Below, piece after piece: positions 11,121 to 23,319 of a DNA stretch of 41,164 nucleotides. How positions within the stretch are numbered: position 1 is the stretch's first letter; the number at the start of each line of letters is the position of its first letter. This DNA is from Chiloscyllium plagiosum (Eukaryota): the NCBI RefSeq assembly GCF_004010195.1, contig NC_057718.1, positions 84,191,730 to 84,232,893 of the forward strand, given 5' to 3'. A program made the position numbers and the translations under genes. The notes under the pieces were generated by a model. It did no database searches. It was not told the DNA's origin and worked only from the letters and a program-made list of their open reading frames with translations.

Positions 11121-11429
11121 TCTCAATGAAATTGAGTTCACACCCTGTCTCTGCTTTGGGATGCCAGTGATCTCCTATGTTCAATGTTGACTTTATTTAT
11201 TTTGTACAGACTGCTATTGTAATGTAAAACATTGATGTATTTGATACAGACAGAGTTTTCTGCATAGTAAGCCCTATCCAATCAAGTTTGTGAACTAAGT
11301 GGACTGATGGTGCTGTCATAAATGGTTTTAGTCAGTAATTTCTAGAATTTGTACCCAACAATGGTGAAACAAGATATATGTTCACTTCAAATTGTCACGT
11401 GATTTAGTGGTCTTAGAGTTATTGACCGG

Positions 11430-12400
11430 ACAGATGGAGGCCATGCTGGCTCTCCTCCAAGTAATTCCTTGTTCAGTTCCCATAACCTTGCAGATTTATA
11501 TCCTTCGAGTAAACATCCAATTTTCTTTTGAAATCACTGACCATTTCCCTATTCACTGTTTATATGGGCAGTGTTTCAGTTAAATACCACTTACTGTGTA
11601 AAAGGTTTATTTTTCTCACATCCTTCTGCATCTCTGGCACAAAATCTTAAATCTGCCCCTTAGCCCTTGTACTGTAAGCCAGTGGGAATACTTTTTCCTT
11701 GTCTACCTTATCCAAACCTGTCATGATCTTCTACGCTTCTATCAAATCTCCCCTTAATCCCCCAGCTCCAGGGAGAATGGTTCTAACTCAGCCTTGTAAC
11801 CAAGAACACCCATCCATGGAACCATTCTGAGAAATCTTCTGCAGCTTTTCAAACACCCTCACATCCTTCCTGAAATGTTGTGACCAAAACTGGATGCAGC
11901 CCTCTAGTTAGGGTTCAAACAGAGCTTCAACTTTAACTTTCCTGTTGATGTAGCCCTGATTTTGTTTCTGATTCCAATGGTGAAGGTTTGCAGTATATTG
12001 AATGAGTTGCTGCTAATACATCTTGCAAAATACAAATACAACAATCCTAATGTGCTTATGGCAGTGTTTTGTCCAGTGGCAGATATGCCAAACAAATGGA
12101 TGCTATGAGCCGATTGGTTGTTTTTGTGAGAGCACCTGTCCACACCTGTCTCAGAATTGTTACAACCATCTAATGCCATTTCCTCCACCTTGTCCCCGTA
12201 ATCCCTCACGTTTTTCCTTTTCAGGTAACAATCTATTTCTCATTTGAATGCCATCACTGAACTTACTGCCACCCTGCCTGCTGGCAGTGCATTCTGGATC
12301 CAAGCTTTCCGCTGTGTGAAAATCCTTTTCCTAACATCACCGTTACTTTTTAGCTAATTACCTTAAATCTCTGTTTCTGCTTCTTAATCTTTTCATAACC
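11430..12400 (-). mobile_element. Two degenerate CR1 3' fragments (~11430-11930 and ~12060-12400)
   Basis: Reverse-strand CR1 3' motifs such as ATCAAATCTCCCCTTAATC, ACATCCTTCCTGAAATGTTGTGACCAAAACTGGATGCAG and GGCAGTGCATTCTGGATC. Confidence 0.55.
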
Positions 12401-12658
12401 GAAAGATTATAGTGATAGATGCACCAGGATTTGAGCCTCCAAACCCTGTCCTGCTCCTGTTGTTAATATAGTTGGTTCAAGTCAGTCTCTCGTGACCCCC
12501 AGGATGCTGATGGTGGGGTTTTGGCAATGACAAAATAATGTCCAGGCTGGTCACTGTTCTTTTCCATGTTGGAGGTGATTATTACCCGGTGTGAATGTTG
12601 TGTGTATAATTTCATTTAAGAGGTATAAATGTTATTCTAATTCAAATTATCCATCTAG

Positions 12659-12742
12659 GGATGGAGTGTTGCCTTAAAGGTCAGCCCACAAGCAGGATAC
12701 AAGTACTGCCGAGAAAACTTCTTATCTGGAAGAATACTACAG
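12659..12742 (+). CDS. DHX57: DHX57 coding exon (not in the ORF track)
   Basis: catctag acceptor and CAG|gtaggt donor. Translates GWSVALKVSPQAGYKYCRENFLSGRILQ. Confidence 0.92.
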
Positions 12743-12835
12743 GTAGGTGCCTCCTAGCTGTTCTAACATTACGAATTCACTGAATGCATCAAATCGTACT
12801 GAGGTTTTTAAAAATTGTGTTTCTCCACATTGTAG

Positions 12836-12973
12836 GAGATTTCGAGCATGAAGAGACAATTTGCCGAGCTGCTATCTGACATTGGTTTTGTGAAGGAAGG
12901 ACTAAGAGCCAGATACATTGAAAAGATGTCATCACGAGGAGGGGATGGAATTATTGAGGCCACTGGCCAAGAG
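12836..12973 (+). CDS. DHX57: DHX57 coding exon
   Basis: ttgtag acceptor after a 93-bp intron and GAG|gtgaaa donor. Translates EISSMKRQFAELLSDIGFVKEGLRARYIEKMSSRGGDGIIEATGQE. Confidence 0.93.
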
Positions 12974-13591
12974 GTGAAAGAGATGCAGTTTCTTTTACAT
13001 GCTTTTTTGATTACTGGCATAATGCAAATTGTGATATGATGCATAACTTTAACATTTGAGGTAGGCCATTCAGAGATGATATCAGGAAGTACTTCTTTAC
13101 ACAAGAGGTAGTGAATATCTGCAGCTTTGTCCGTTGGAAAAGCTGTAGAGGTTTGATTAATCGAAAATACCCCAACTGAAATTGATTAGCGTTTTATTGG
13201 GAAGGGAGATCAAGCCACCTGAAACAATGACTGTTTAAATGGAATTAGTCGAAGTGAATGATGAAATAGTGTCAGAAAATTGAAGGACCCACTGTTGCTC
13301 CAGTTGTCCTATCTGGTAAATGACTGGCTGCTTGGTGCTTTATAACGCATGTCTTGAAGACACTTCTGTGGTATTGCTAACTTGAAATTCCTTTGCAGGC
13401 GTTAATATGGAAGATGATAAGGAAATTGAGCTCAGTGAGTTATTGAGTTAAGAGAGCATATGCTACCAAGTGTAAATTGGCATTGTCCGCATCAATCTGC
13501 ACAAAATCAGATTGGGAGAATGTGTGGCTGTGCCCACTCATGCACCCACCTGCTCTTTTGTGCGCTGTTATGCTATATCACTCGCTGTCTT

Positions 13592-13666
13592 GTGCTCTCT
13601 CTCGCCCGTGCTCTCTCTCGCCCGTGCTCTCTCTCGCCCGTGCTCTCTCTCGCCCGTGCTCTCTCT
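13592..13666. repeat. 16-bp minisatellite (GTGCTCTCTCTCGCCC), ~4.7 copies
   Basis: Exact units start at 13592, 13608, 13624 and 13640, with a partial unit at 13656. Confidence 0.9.
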
Positions 13667-13869
13667 GTGCTGAACTAAACTAATCCATGTAGTCAATGTC
13701 CCTTTATTCCCTGTCAGTTCATGTCTGTCAAAACCCTCTGAAATGTTGCTAACATATCTGCCTCTGACAGCATATTCTACTCTATGACCAAGCCAATTCT
13801 ATATTTAACTTGCCAAATAACCATGGATCCCATGCGACTTAATCTTCTTCACCATCTAACCCATAATCA

Positions 13870-14160
13870 TTTCTATCTAGAAGTACAAGGGCAGCAGATA
13901 AATAGGAATGCTATCACCTGCAAGTGACTCTGCAAGTCTCTCACATCTTGTCTGAAAATTCATTGCTTTTCCTTCAAGGTTGCTGGGTCAAAATCCTGTA
14001 ATTTCCTCCATAACAGCATTGCGGTCTACCTACAGCACATGAACTGCAGTGGTTTAAAAAGGCAGTCCATCCACCACCTTCTCAAAGACAACTTGGGGAT
14101 GGGCAATAAATGCTGGACTGCCAGCAACACCCACATCCAATGGATGGTTTAAAAAAAATA
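13870..14160 (+). mobile_element. 3' tail of the CR1-clade LINE family seen at 23320-25610
   Basis: Shares GTCAAAATCCTG.AATT...AAGGCAG...CACCACCTTCTCAA...GGGCAATAAATGCTGG and an A-rich end with 25380-25610. Confidence 0.75.
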
Positions 14161-14330
14161 GGTCCAGCTGCTGTTGTCATCCCTTCCCACCCTCCTGCTC
14201 ATGATTTAGTAGATGACAAACTGGTTTGCAGCACTGCAGAGGAAGTTCACAAGCACATTCTACACTTCACTCCAGGACTGTAACAATGGGCCCTAGATAA
14301 GAAATGATAATGGATGGGAAAAGATTAACT

Positions 14331-14590
14331 GAAGCAGGAGGCTGGAAGAACATAGCAAGCCAGGCAGCATCAGGCAATGGAGAAGTCAATGTTTCAGGTT
14401 TAACCCTGCTTCAGGACTGGGTCTGAGGGAGGCAGAGAACATCTTCAAAGTGGGCATTCTTTGAAGAGACTTTACAAACTCAGTTAGAGACAAAAAAACT
14501 GCAGATGCTGGAATCCAACGTAGACAAGCAAGAGGCTGGGAGCTGCTTGTCTATTCTGGATTCCAGCATCTACAATTTTTTTTTGTCTCA
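14331..14590 (-). mobile_element. Internally deleted Penelope-like element with hammerhead-like core and terminal hairpin, 12-bp TSD
   Basis: AAAAGATTAACT at 14319-14330 and 14591-14602. The - strand reads CTGAAGCAGGGTTAAACCTGAAACATTGAC at 14385-14414. Hairpin at 14487-14589. Confidence 0.75.
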
Positions 14591-14929
14591 AAAAGATTAA
14601 CTTAATCCTACTGAACGCTTCCAGCTGAGTTCTGCTTGAAATAGTTATCCCATATTGAGCAGGCTCACCCAGTAAAAGTCATGTGGCCCAGATACTGAGT
14701 GTTATCTGAGAAACCAAATGAAAACAAGAATTGTCATGGTGATAGCAAAGGGATAAGAGGAAAGAAATGGAAAGATTTGTATTGTTTTCCAGTGCACGGG
14801 ATGACTAATTATAGACTATAAATTGGATTTTAATGATTAAAGTAAATGAATTTTTTTTAAAGCTCCTAGTTGTTTTTCATCATCTAGCTACATCTAGCTC
14901 TATTGTGTGATTTTGCCCTTTTATTTTAG

Positions 14930-15004
14930 GCAAACTCCAATGCCGAAAACATGAAGTTAATTTCAGCAATGTTGTGTGCTGCCCTCTATCCAAATGTTGT
15001 CCAG
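14930..15004 (+). CDS. DHX57: DHX57 coding exon (not in the ORF track)
   Basis: ttattttag acceptor and CAG|gtcagt donor. Translates ANSNAENMKLISAMLCAALYPNVVQ. Confidence 0.93.
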
Positions 15005-15402
15005 GTCAGTTCAAAACTCTTTGAATTTCACTTGTGCTTTGACTCTGGCCTAATTAGATAACATTGAATTTTTTTTCAGGTGTGAGATTCTATGGGTTGG
15101 GAAAAAGAGCGCAGCTTTATTCACTCATGGCACCTGGGTGACTTCTGTTTAAAAGGATGGTAACACTTCAACTACCCACTTTTCAGAATTTTTTTAAAAA
15201 TCTGTGTTGAGAAAAGCTGCTGTACCCTCTGATTTCTAAATCCACAAGATAGACCTAAGCAGAGAAATCCTTGCAGGAGCTAATGAATAATGAGTGGGAT
15301 TTCATGTGTACAAGAATTTTTGAAAAATCATAGTTGTTACTAATTTTATTTGAATAATATGAAGAATGGAAGTTAACAAGAATCAAAACTTGACTTGAGA
15401 GT

Positions 15403-15466
15403 CATAAACAGAAATGGCTGGAAAAGCTCAGCAGGCATGGCAGCATCTGAGGAGAGAAATCAGAAT
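15403..15466. mobile_element. Single arm of the 6388-type element with 9-bp TSD
   Basis: GCTGGAAAAGCTCAGCAGGCATGGCAGCATCTGAGGAGAGAAATCAGA matches 6408-6452. CTTGAGAGT at 15394-15402 and 15467-15475. Confidence 0.75.
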
Positions 15467-15499
15467 CTTGAGAGTGGTGTTCCTTAACGATATTTGTAA

Positions 15500-16280
15500 A
15501 GGTGAGCTCTAGGGACTGTAGAGGAGCAAAGAGACTGGAAGTTCAAGTAAACATTATTAAAACGTTATTATTACATTATTAAAAGTATCCAGTGAAAAAC
15601 AATGAAAAATGTTGGCTGTTATTTTAAGAATAAAAGAAACCAAAGGACCATTTGGTTGTACAGATTATTGGTTAAACCCCATCTGGAGAACTGCATTAAG
15701 CTATAGATTCTGCACCTTGGGAAAGATATAGAGAAGATTCACCAGAATAATACCAGTGTTATACAGTTAAATTATGAGGATAGTTTAAACCTGGGTTGTA
15801 TTATTTTGAATTTAGGAGATTGAGATGTTTGAAATTATAAAAGATTTGATTGCCGACACTATTACCTTGTGATGAGCCAAGCAAGAGTAAGGGGGCATAA
15901 CCTTAAACTTTGAACCAGGCTGTTCAGGGTTCACGTGTGGACATAGAGCTTCCATAGTGTGCAGGAATTCTGAAACAGTCTTTCTCATACAGCTGCTAAG
16001 ATTACATCAGCTGAAAATTTTCAGAGCTAAGATTGATAGATTTTTAAAGGTAACCATATTAAGTAAAGATTGCTGATCCAAGGAAAAGTTTTACAGACCA
16101 GTCAGTGCCAGTGATATTGAATTATGGGATAGTTTGATTAACTAAATCCCTTACTTCAAGTGTTATGTATAGGATTTTGACAGTTGTTGTTGGGTAATGA
16201 TATTGAGATATGAAGTACAATTGGGTAAATGCATTTGAGGTACAGATCAACCATTGAGATGAATGGAGCACATGGCCTTT
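15500..16280 (+). mobile_element. Degenerate CR1 3' region
   Basis: CR1-like motifs TTGGTTAAACCCCATCTGGAGAACTGCATT, AGAAGATTCACCAGAATAATACCAG, GGGGCATAACCTTAAA and GATTGATAGATTTTT. Confidence 0.6.
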
Positions 16281-16849
16281 CATAGGAGTCTCTCAACTTG
16301 CAGCGCATACAAAACTCAGCAGAGGTTAGGTGTCTGAAACATACAATCAAACTGTCAGTTGTACAGGAACTGACCAGAACACACGTTGACACACAGAAAT
16401 GTAACATTTGTTTTCTCTTCCACTTCATTGCAAACTGGTAATCTGAAATGGTAACTTGTCAATCTTTATGCTGTAATTTATAGCTACTTGCTTCTACTTC
16501 ATGTTAACCTTCACAAAAATTATCTTCTCTCGTCAAGTTTGATGAGAAGTTTGTGTGACCTCCAAACCCCTGCTTTTCTATAGTTGATCTCTGGGAGGTG
16601 TGCAATACACACTGACAATGACTGGTTTTATTTTTATCACTCCCTGAAGGAAAAGTCTGTCCTGTGTTCTGCAGTACTTCGTAATTGGAAGGACAAAATT
16701 GCCATGTAACAAATTGCAAATGCAGATATCTATCCTATAGCCTAATGGTTACATGTTGTGTTTAAATGTTTATTTGGTTAGCTGATATGTATTGGTGTTT
16801 GTTTCATGTGAACTTACTTCATTTCAACACCAGATTTTGTCAACATATC

Positions 16850-17345
16850 TCCCCTGTGATACACCACCTCTCCCCACTCCCCACCACTAATTCTGTGCTG
16901 GCTCACCTCTCCCTTTACCTGTGCTCCCACTCCCCTAACTCCCACATGCTCAACCCCCTGCCCTGACCCCATATTCTCTCTAACCCCACACATGCTTTGT
17001 TTTCCTGCATACTCTTCCCCCACCCAGCTCGATCCTCTCTCTACACTCACTCTTGCATTTGCCTTAGCCTTATTCTCCACTCCAAAACACAACCTCACCT
17101 CCCTTCTGTCTCTCCGTTTTCCCTACCCCAACATCTCTGTTCCCCCCTCTCTCTCTTTCTGTCTCTCTCACACCCAATTCCCTCTCTCTCCCTCACTGAC
17201 CCTCTCTCCCTCTGCTTTTGCTCGCTCGTTCTCCATCGCTCACTTGCTCTCTCGCGGTCTCTGTCCTTCTACCCCCCTCGCCCCATTTACACGCGCTCGG
17301 GTCCTTCTTCCCCACTCACTGTATCCCTCCCACCCTTGTCCCATT
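16850..17345. repeat. Pyrimidine-rich (C/T) low-complexity tract
   Basis: About 500 bp of CT/CA-rich degenerate simple repeat. It explains the overlapping spurious ORFs here. Confidence 0.8.
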
Positions 17346-17731
17346 TGTTATCTGGTATCCGATAGCATATGAATTTTAATAGCACCTTCTAAGGCCCCCT
17401 ATTCCCATAACAACCAGGTTACATTGGCTTAGTACTGGACAGAACAACCAGGAGGTGGCATGTTCCATTTTTACTTTGAATGAAAACAGACAATTTAAAA
17501 TATAGCCATTATAAAACCTTGCTTTCTTGACAAGAACTAAAAGAAGAAGGCATGTCAATTGACATGAGGAGGATGTGTGAGTATTTAAGATTTCAAGGTT
17601 GTTATGAGAATCTAAAGCCTCCTAGAACTGTTCTCCATCAGAATCCAGTGTCTCTGCGAGCATTGGAGAAAGGTTGCAATATGCATCAACAATACAGATC
17701 AACCTGAAGGCTTTGTTTTTATTGCATTTAG

Positions 17732-17866
17732 GTGACCTCTCCTCAGAGTAAGTACACAAAGACTATGTCTGGTACAGTGAAAGTACTACCAAAACCAGAA
17801 GAGCTGCACTTCATCACAAAGAATGATGGAAATGTCCACATCCATCCTTCTTCAGTGAACTATCAG
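17732..17866 (+). CDS. DHX57: DHX57 coding exon (OB-fold region)
   Basis: catttag acceptor and CAG|gtcagt donor. Translates VTSPQSKYTKTMSGTVKVLPKPEELHFITKNDGNVHIHPSSVNYQ, including the HPSSVN motif of DEAH/RHA helicases. Confidence 0.94.
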
Positions 17867-18794
17867 GTCAGTGTGTATGGATATTTCCCAGTGAAAGGTT
17901 GTATGAAAGCCATCAAGAACAGATCAGTCCACAGGGCATAAAAAAGGATGAGAAGATCTTCTGTTGAAAACCTGTTGTCTTATGGGGAAAATGCAGCATA
18001 TTGGCAAGGGCTAATAATGCTCATTTGAAGTCAAACGTAGATACAATGGGCCACGTATTGTCCTTCTGTGCCCTAACACTCCTGTGATTGTTTGAGACTG
18101 TTTATTAACTGCTTCATTAACTATCTGAGCAATTTGACATTGGCCAAATGAACATTCGCATTATTTAAAACTCTAATAAATTTAATCTTAAAATCTTACA
18201 GCACAGCAGAGGCTATTGATCCCATCATGCCTGTGATGACACTTTGAAAGATATTTCCAATGGTCCTGAAAATATTTTTCTTTTTGAATATGTATCCAAC
18301 TCCCTTTTGAAAATAATCATTGCATTTGCTTCTACCACTCTTTCAAGGCAGTGCATTTCCAGTCATAGCTGTTAGTATTTTAAAAATATAAGTATCTTCA
18401 ACTCCCCTTTGGTTCTTTTGCCCATTATCTAAAATTTGTCCCCTTTAGGTTACCCACTAGAATCAATTTCTCCTTATTTATCTTCACAAAACTGCCCAGA
18501 ATTTTAAATACCTTTAAATCTCCTTAACCGTCTCTAAAGACAATAATCCCAAATTCTCTAGTCTCCACTAAACGATTAGGTACAAGTAATTACTACAATG
18601 CTCTATGTCAGTGTTAAGAGTATTTTATGAAGTTAAGTAGACTCCTGTTCTGTTACCAAGACAAGATGTTGCAGCTTCACTTTTGTTTCCTAGCAATGAG
18701 TCAAATAATACTTATTGAACTTCAAAGTGATTTATCAAAGCATATGATGCATTTCTAAAATGTGATAATCTGCTGGATAGATAAACAAAAAAAA

Positions 18795-19045
18795 ACTTTA
18801 CTATAAAGTACCTTTCAAACCCACAAGACAGTTAAAAGACAATAAATATTTTTAAATTGTAGTTACTGTTGCAATGTAGGGAAAATGACAGCCAAGTTGT
18901 GTCCATGTAGTTATGTCACAAACAGCACTGACCGTATAATCTGATTTTGTGATGCTGCTCTGAGGGATAAATATTTGTCAGACACTGGGAAGAACTTCCC
19001 ACCTCTCCTTATACCTATTAATGTGGAATCTTTTACATTCCCCTA
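18795..19045 (-). mobile_element. DeuSINE fragment
   Basis: TGTAGTTACTGTTGCAATGTAGGGAAAATGACAGCCAAGTTGTG...CACAAACAGCA is the reverse complement of the Deu core. Confidence 0.65.
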
Positions 19046-19489
19046 ATCTCTTGTAAGTTATTATTCATTTCACAATATTCTGAAAGTGAAAACTTAAACC
19101 ATAATATTTAGTCTGTTGACTTCAGACTGCTGTACAATGTGCCCTGAAGTGAGCTCAAAGCATTTGTTTCCGAGGTATACTTTGCTTAGTTCACACTTCA
19201 CAACTGAAGTAAAAATTGAATGGGCTGGGTAACATCTAAAGGGTTTCACACTGTGACCCTCAGTCACACTTATCCATGCATATTGCTTTTTGCATTGGAA
19301 ATACTTCAATCCAAAAGTGCATGGCCACCACCATTGAAGCCAGCTCCTGAATTTGATGAGAGGGATACTAACTAAATCCAAACTGGTAGCTCTCATCATT
19401 TCTGATACATTAGGTAATTCTTCAGCCTTGACCAGCTTTTGCATTTGATCTTAAACATCATCAAAACCAAGACAACGTATCAACGGTAA

Positions 19490-20340
19490 TTCATGTTTTT
19501 ATAATACATTTTAAATGTAGTAAAACGTTCTCAGGCACTTAACTAGAGTGTATTCAGGCAAAACCAAGCCACATAAGGACATTGTAGGCCCAAGTGACTA
19601 AGTCAAAGTGACTTGGTTAAAGAAGTAAGTTTTCATAGAGCATCATTAAAGAGGACATTAAAACATTGAGATTTTAGGAGCATTTTTATAATGTCCCTCT
19701 ACCCTGCTCCACATTTAATAAGGTAACAGCTAATCTGATTTTAGCCTCAAATCTGCATTCATTCATGCCCCTGATGATCTTTCACCACCTTGCTAAACAC
19801 AAATCTATATTAAAAATGTTCAAGGACTTTGCAGGAAGAAAGTTCCTAACACGTATGATCCTCTGAGAGAAACAAAATTCACAACATTTGTTTTCAATGA
19901 GTGACCTATGATTTTTAAACACTGCCCCCTAGTCGTAGGTTCTTCCCATAAGAGTAAACATCCTGTCTACATCTAGTCTGTCAAGATGCCTCAGAATCTT
20001 GGATGTTTTATTCAAAATGCTTATTACTCATCTAAACTTCAGTGCATACAAGTCAACTATGTCCAACCTTTCCACATAAAATAAGTCCCCCAATTCAAGG
20101 TACTAACCTATTTATATCTTTTCAATTGGTCCCACATCTAAATTAGAGATGAGGCCGCACTGGTGACAGCCTGCCAAACTGACAATGACTCATTTATTCT
20201 TAATGTCTACTTTCTGCCAGTTGGTTTAGTACATGCTAGTATATTACCCCAATCCGATGTGCTTTAAATTTTATTTATTAACCTCTTCTGTTACACTCGA
20301 TCAAAAGTCTTCAGAAAGTCCATTTGTTCCTCCTTATTGA
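19490..20340 (-). mobile_element. L2-like 3' end (~19490-19680) followed by a CR1 relic (~19700-20340)
   Basis: The first part resembles 36240-36400 and the second resembles 3100-3500. Both are highly decayed. Confidence 0.5.
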
Positions 20341-20749
20341 CTTTGCTTATGGACAAGGGGGAGAAGTTTACCAAAACAAAACGGGGTGGGGGGCAAGGCA
20401 TGTAGGAGAAATATTGTTGACTAAAAGGACATTACAAAAACCCTAGTAGAAATAGTAATGGAGAAACAGAAAATACATCAAAGAAGAAAACATTAAAAGC
20501 ATTTTTAAAAAGCACTTTGGAATGGAGCTAAATAAGTTCTCTTTCACACGTAATTGATGAGCCAAATAGCCATGCTTTATATAGTAAATTTGGGTACATC
20601 TATCTTAAAAGGATTTTCTTTAAAATAAATGCTTGACATTATGGTGGATCTCTCCACAACCAGCAATGAACTGGAGATATCTACACCTAAATTTCCTTTT
20701 TTGTTTACAATTGCACAGACTAGAACAATTAAAGTGTCTTTACAGGAGG

Positions 20750-20962
20750 GAGAAAATCTCAGTAGGTCTGGCAACATATGTGGAAAAGAGTTAACATTTT
20801 TTGAGTTCAATTACTCCTCTTCAGTTCCTCCATTCCAAAGAAGAGGAATTGAACTTGAAAACCTAACTGTTTTTCTCTTTACAGATGCTGCCAGACTTGC
20901 TGAGTTTTTCCAATACTTTCTTTTATTTCAGATCTCCAACTTCTGCAGTATTTTGCTTTGGT
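20750..20962. mobile_element. Older fold-back element related to 6388-6608
   Basis: Inverted arms CTCAGTAGGTCTGGCAACAT...GAGTTCAATT and AATTGAACTT...ATGCTGCCAGACTTGCTGAG, with the same CTGCAGT tail. No clear TSD. Confidence 0.7.
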
Positions 20963-21117
20963 GACAGAAGATAACATTTTCTTCTTGAACAGAAGTTTGC
21001 CTTCAGAGTATTCATAATGTCATTGCTTCACTGAGGTAGATTAACTTAAATTGGGCACTTAGCTGAGTCGTGGCATTGAATATGTTTCCCAAAACCTCTA
21101 ACATTGGTGCTTCAGGT

Positions 21118-21450
21118 GTCAGCTGCAGCTTAGTAGTAACAAACGTGCCTCAATGTCAGAAAGTTGTGGGTTCAACCCTCACTGCAGAGACATTGGCATT
21201 CCTAGTCTAGTGCTGGAGGTAAGTCTCCTTTGTTGGAGTTGCTATCTTTTGGTTGCGACTTCACACCAAGGGGCCTCATGTCTCAGAATAAAGAAATCTT
21301 ATTGCTGTTTTTGAAGCTTTTCTGTGTACAAATTGGCTACCATGTTTCCTACAATTACATTGTAGTGACTACAATTCAATGACAGTTCATTAGCTGTCAA
21401 GTGCTTCTGAATGTCAGGAAATCATAAAAAGTGTTACACAAGTTTTTTTT
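21118..21450 (+). mobile_element. DeuSINE (SacSINE1-like) with tRNA-type head
   Basis: B-box-like GTGGGTTCAACCCTCAC, then CTGTGTACAAATTGGCTACCATGTTTCCTACA...GTGACTACAATTCAA...TTCATTAGCTGT and a T-rich end. Confidence 0.7.
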
Positions 21451-21591
21451 CTACTGCAGTGCCATTAAAATCTCCACTAAAATTGAACCTTAGGCCTATA
21501 CTGATAAATGTTTATAACTTGTTTAATGCATTTCCAGTGGATCTGTACAACAAACATGGATACTAAATCATCCACTATATTTGGATCCCAG

Positions 21592-21792
21592 GTTCGGCAC
21601 TTTGAAAGTCCTTATTTGGTATACCATGAGAAGGTGAAAACCAGCAGAGTCTTCCTGAGAGACTGCAGCATGGTTTCTGTATACCCTCTAGTGCTGTTTG
21701 GGGGTGGCCAGGTCAGTGTGGAACTTGAGAGAGGGCAGTTCATCATCTGTCTCGACGATGGATGGATTCGATTTGCTGCAGCTTCCCCTCAG
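21592..21792 (+). CDS. DHX57: DHX57 penultimate coding exon
   Basis: tcccag acceptor and CAG|gtatta donor. Translates VRHFESPYLVYHEKVKTSRVFLRDCSMVSVYPLVLFGGG...LDDGWIRFAAASPQ. Confidence 0.95.
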
Positions 21793-23319
21793 GTATTAAA
21801 GCTATTTTCTTTCTGTTGGTTGATGGTAATTTGTTATTTCTTTGAAACATGATTGAAATTGAACATGGTTCCACCAACAAAAACTCGATCTGCAAGTCCC
21901 TGCAGGCTGTACACCTGATCTGTATAAATAGGAGGACCCTGCATTCCATCATTGTTAATGCTAAATTAGCTGAATCAGCTGGCCAGATATTAACATTTGG
22001 GCTGTTAGAACTGTCATCATTGCTTTTAGAGTAGAAAGGGGAAATTGTGGTCCGAACCAAAACCTGGAAATTGTCCTTGGTGAGAACAGAAGTGAGGTTG
22101 ATAATACTAATCTAACAGTCTGTCAGCAAGCACTGGTGCCCATGCTTGGACAATATTCACTTATGGCAGGCACTAAAAACCATTTGGCCATAGAACTGTA
22201 TTGCAGCAAAAATCAGCTAACTACTGAGATTATGCAAGTTAGAGAAAAAATAAATTGACAAATGAGATTATCACTTGTAACCCTTTTGACCAACAGTTCT
22301 CACATTATGTATCCTCTTCAGAACTGAATCTCAATTTGATCTTGCAACTAATCTGCTGTTTCTGAATTGTTCAATCTAACTTTGAGTCACAGCAGAAGAG
22401 TTGAGAAGCACCTAGATTTCACCTACCAGAACACTCACCCCCTCCCCCCATTCCAATTACTACCACCACCACCAAAGCAAAGAGTGCAGATAGATGTCCT
22501 ACTGAAAGTTCTCTACTTTGATATAGTGTTTCTGTGAATACTCAAGATGGCCTCCCTCCTTTTCACCCGTCTCACTCGGTTTTGTGCCTGAGACTGTTTG
22601 TTTGATTTTAGCTAAACACAGGAAGGTATTTTCTGTCTGCAAATCAAGCCCAGTTCCTGTGTTGGATCAAATAGCTATTTTCTTCTTATGGCACACACTT
22701 TATTGTGTATGATAGCAGTGTTTTCCTGCCATAACTTTCCTTTGCAGCCAATTTACCAAATTCTGTCGCTCTTTATTTTCTTTATCCAGCTGCAAGGCAC
22801 ACAAATATGCACTATAGGTCTGTTTCTAACTCAGTTGCTCCTTTCGTGATCTCTTTAGAGAACCTATCATGGACACACTTGTGTTTTCCATTATACATTT
22901 CTACAATTGCCAGTACAGCTCCTGGTGTCAATACTTCTGTCTTTTCTGATGAACTATCAGTCGCATTCTAGAATATCCCAATGCCATTGTAAACTTCTGT
23001 TTCACTTGAGAATTACTCAACACATGTTTAACTAAAATCTGTGACTACTATTTCTCAGCTTTGTGAATTTAAAGCACTTAAACTTCAACTTCTGATTTGT
23101 CTCATGCCGCTGTTAGATTTTGAGAGTTTAATTAGTGCCTTCATGCTCTGTGGTATAGCGGGCAGCTGTAATTTGTTAATTCAGCTGTTTCCCAAGTTAC
23201 CCTCTACCTCATTTTCATTAGTATCAATGCCTCCTACAGCCACTGACTTGCTTATTTGTTAGATACGCTCATTATCTAATCCCTTATCATTCTGCCAGCT
23301 GCAGATGCATCTATGACCG

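Noticed and set aside
13460..13683. Repetitive ORFs or a CRISPR-like array
   Set aside because: A simple 16-bp tandem repeat with no spacers, in eukaryotic intronic DNA.
16766..17372. Several overlapping 66-126 aa ORFs
   Set aside because: CT-rich low-complexity sequence lacks stop codons by composition.
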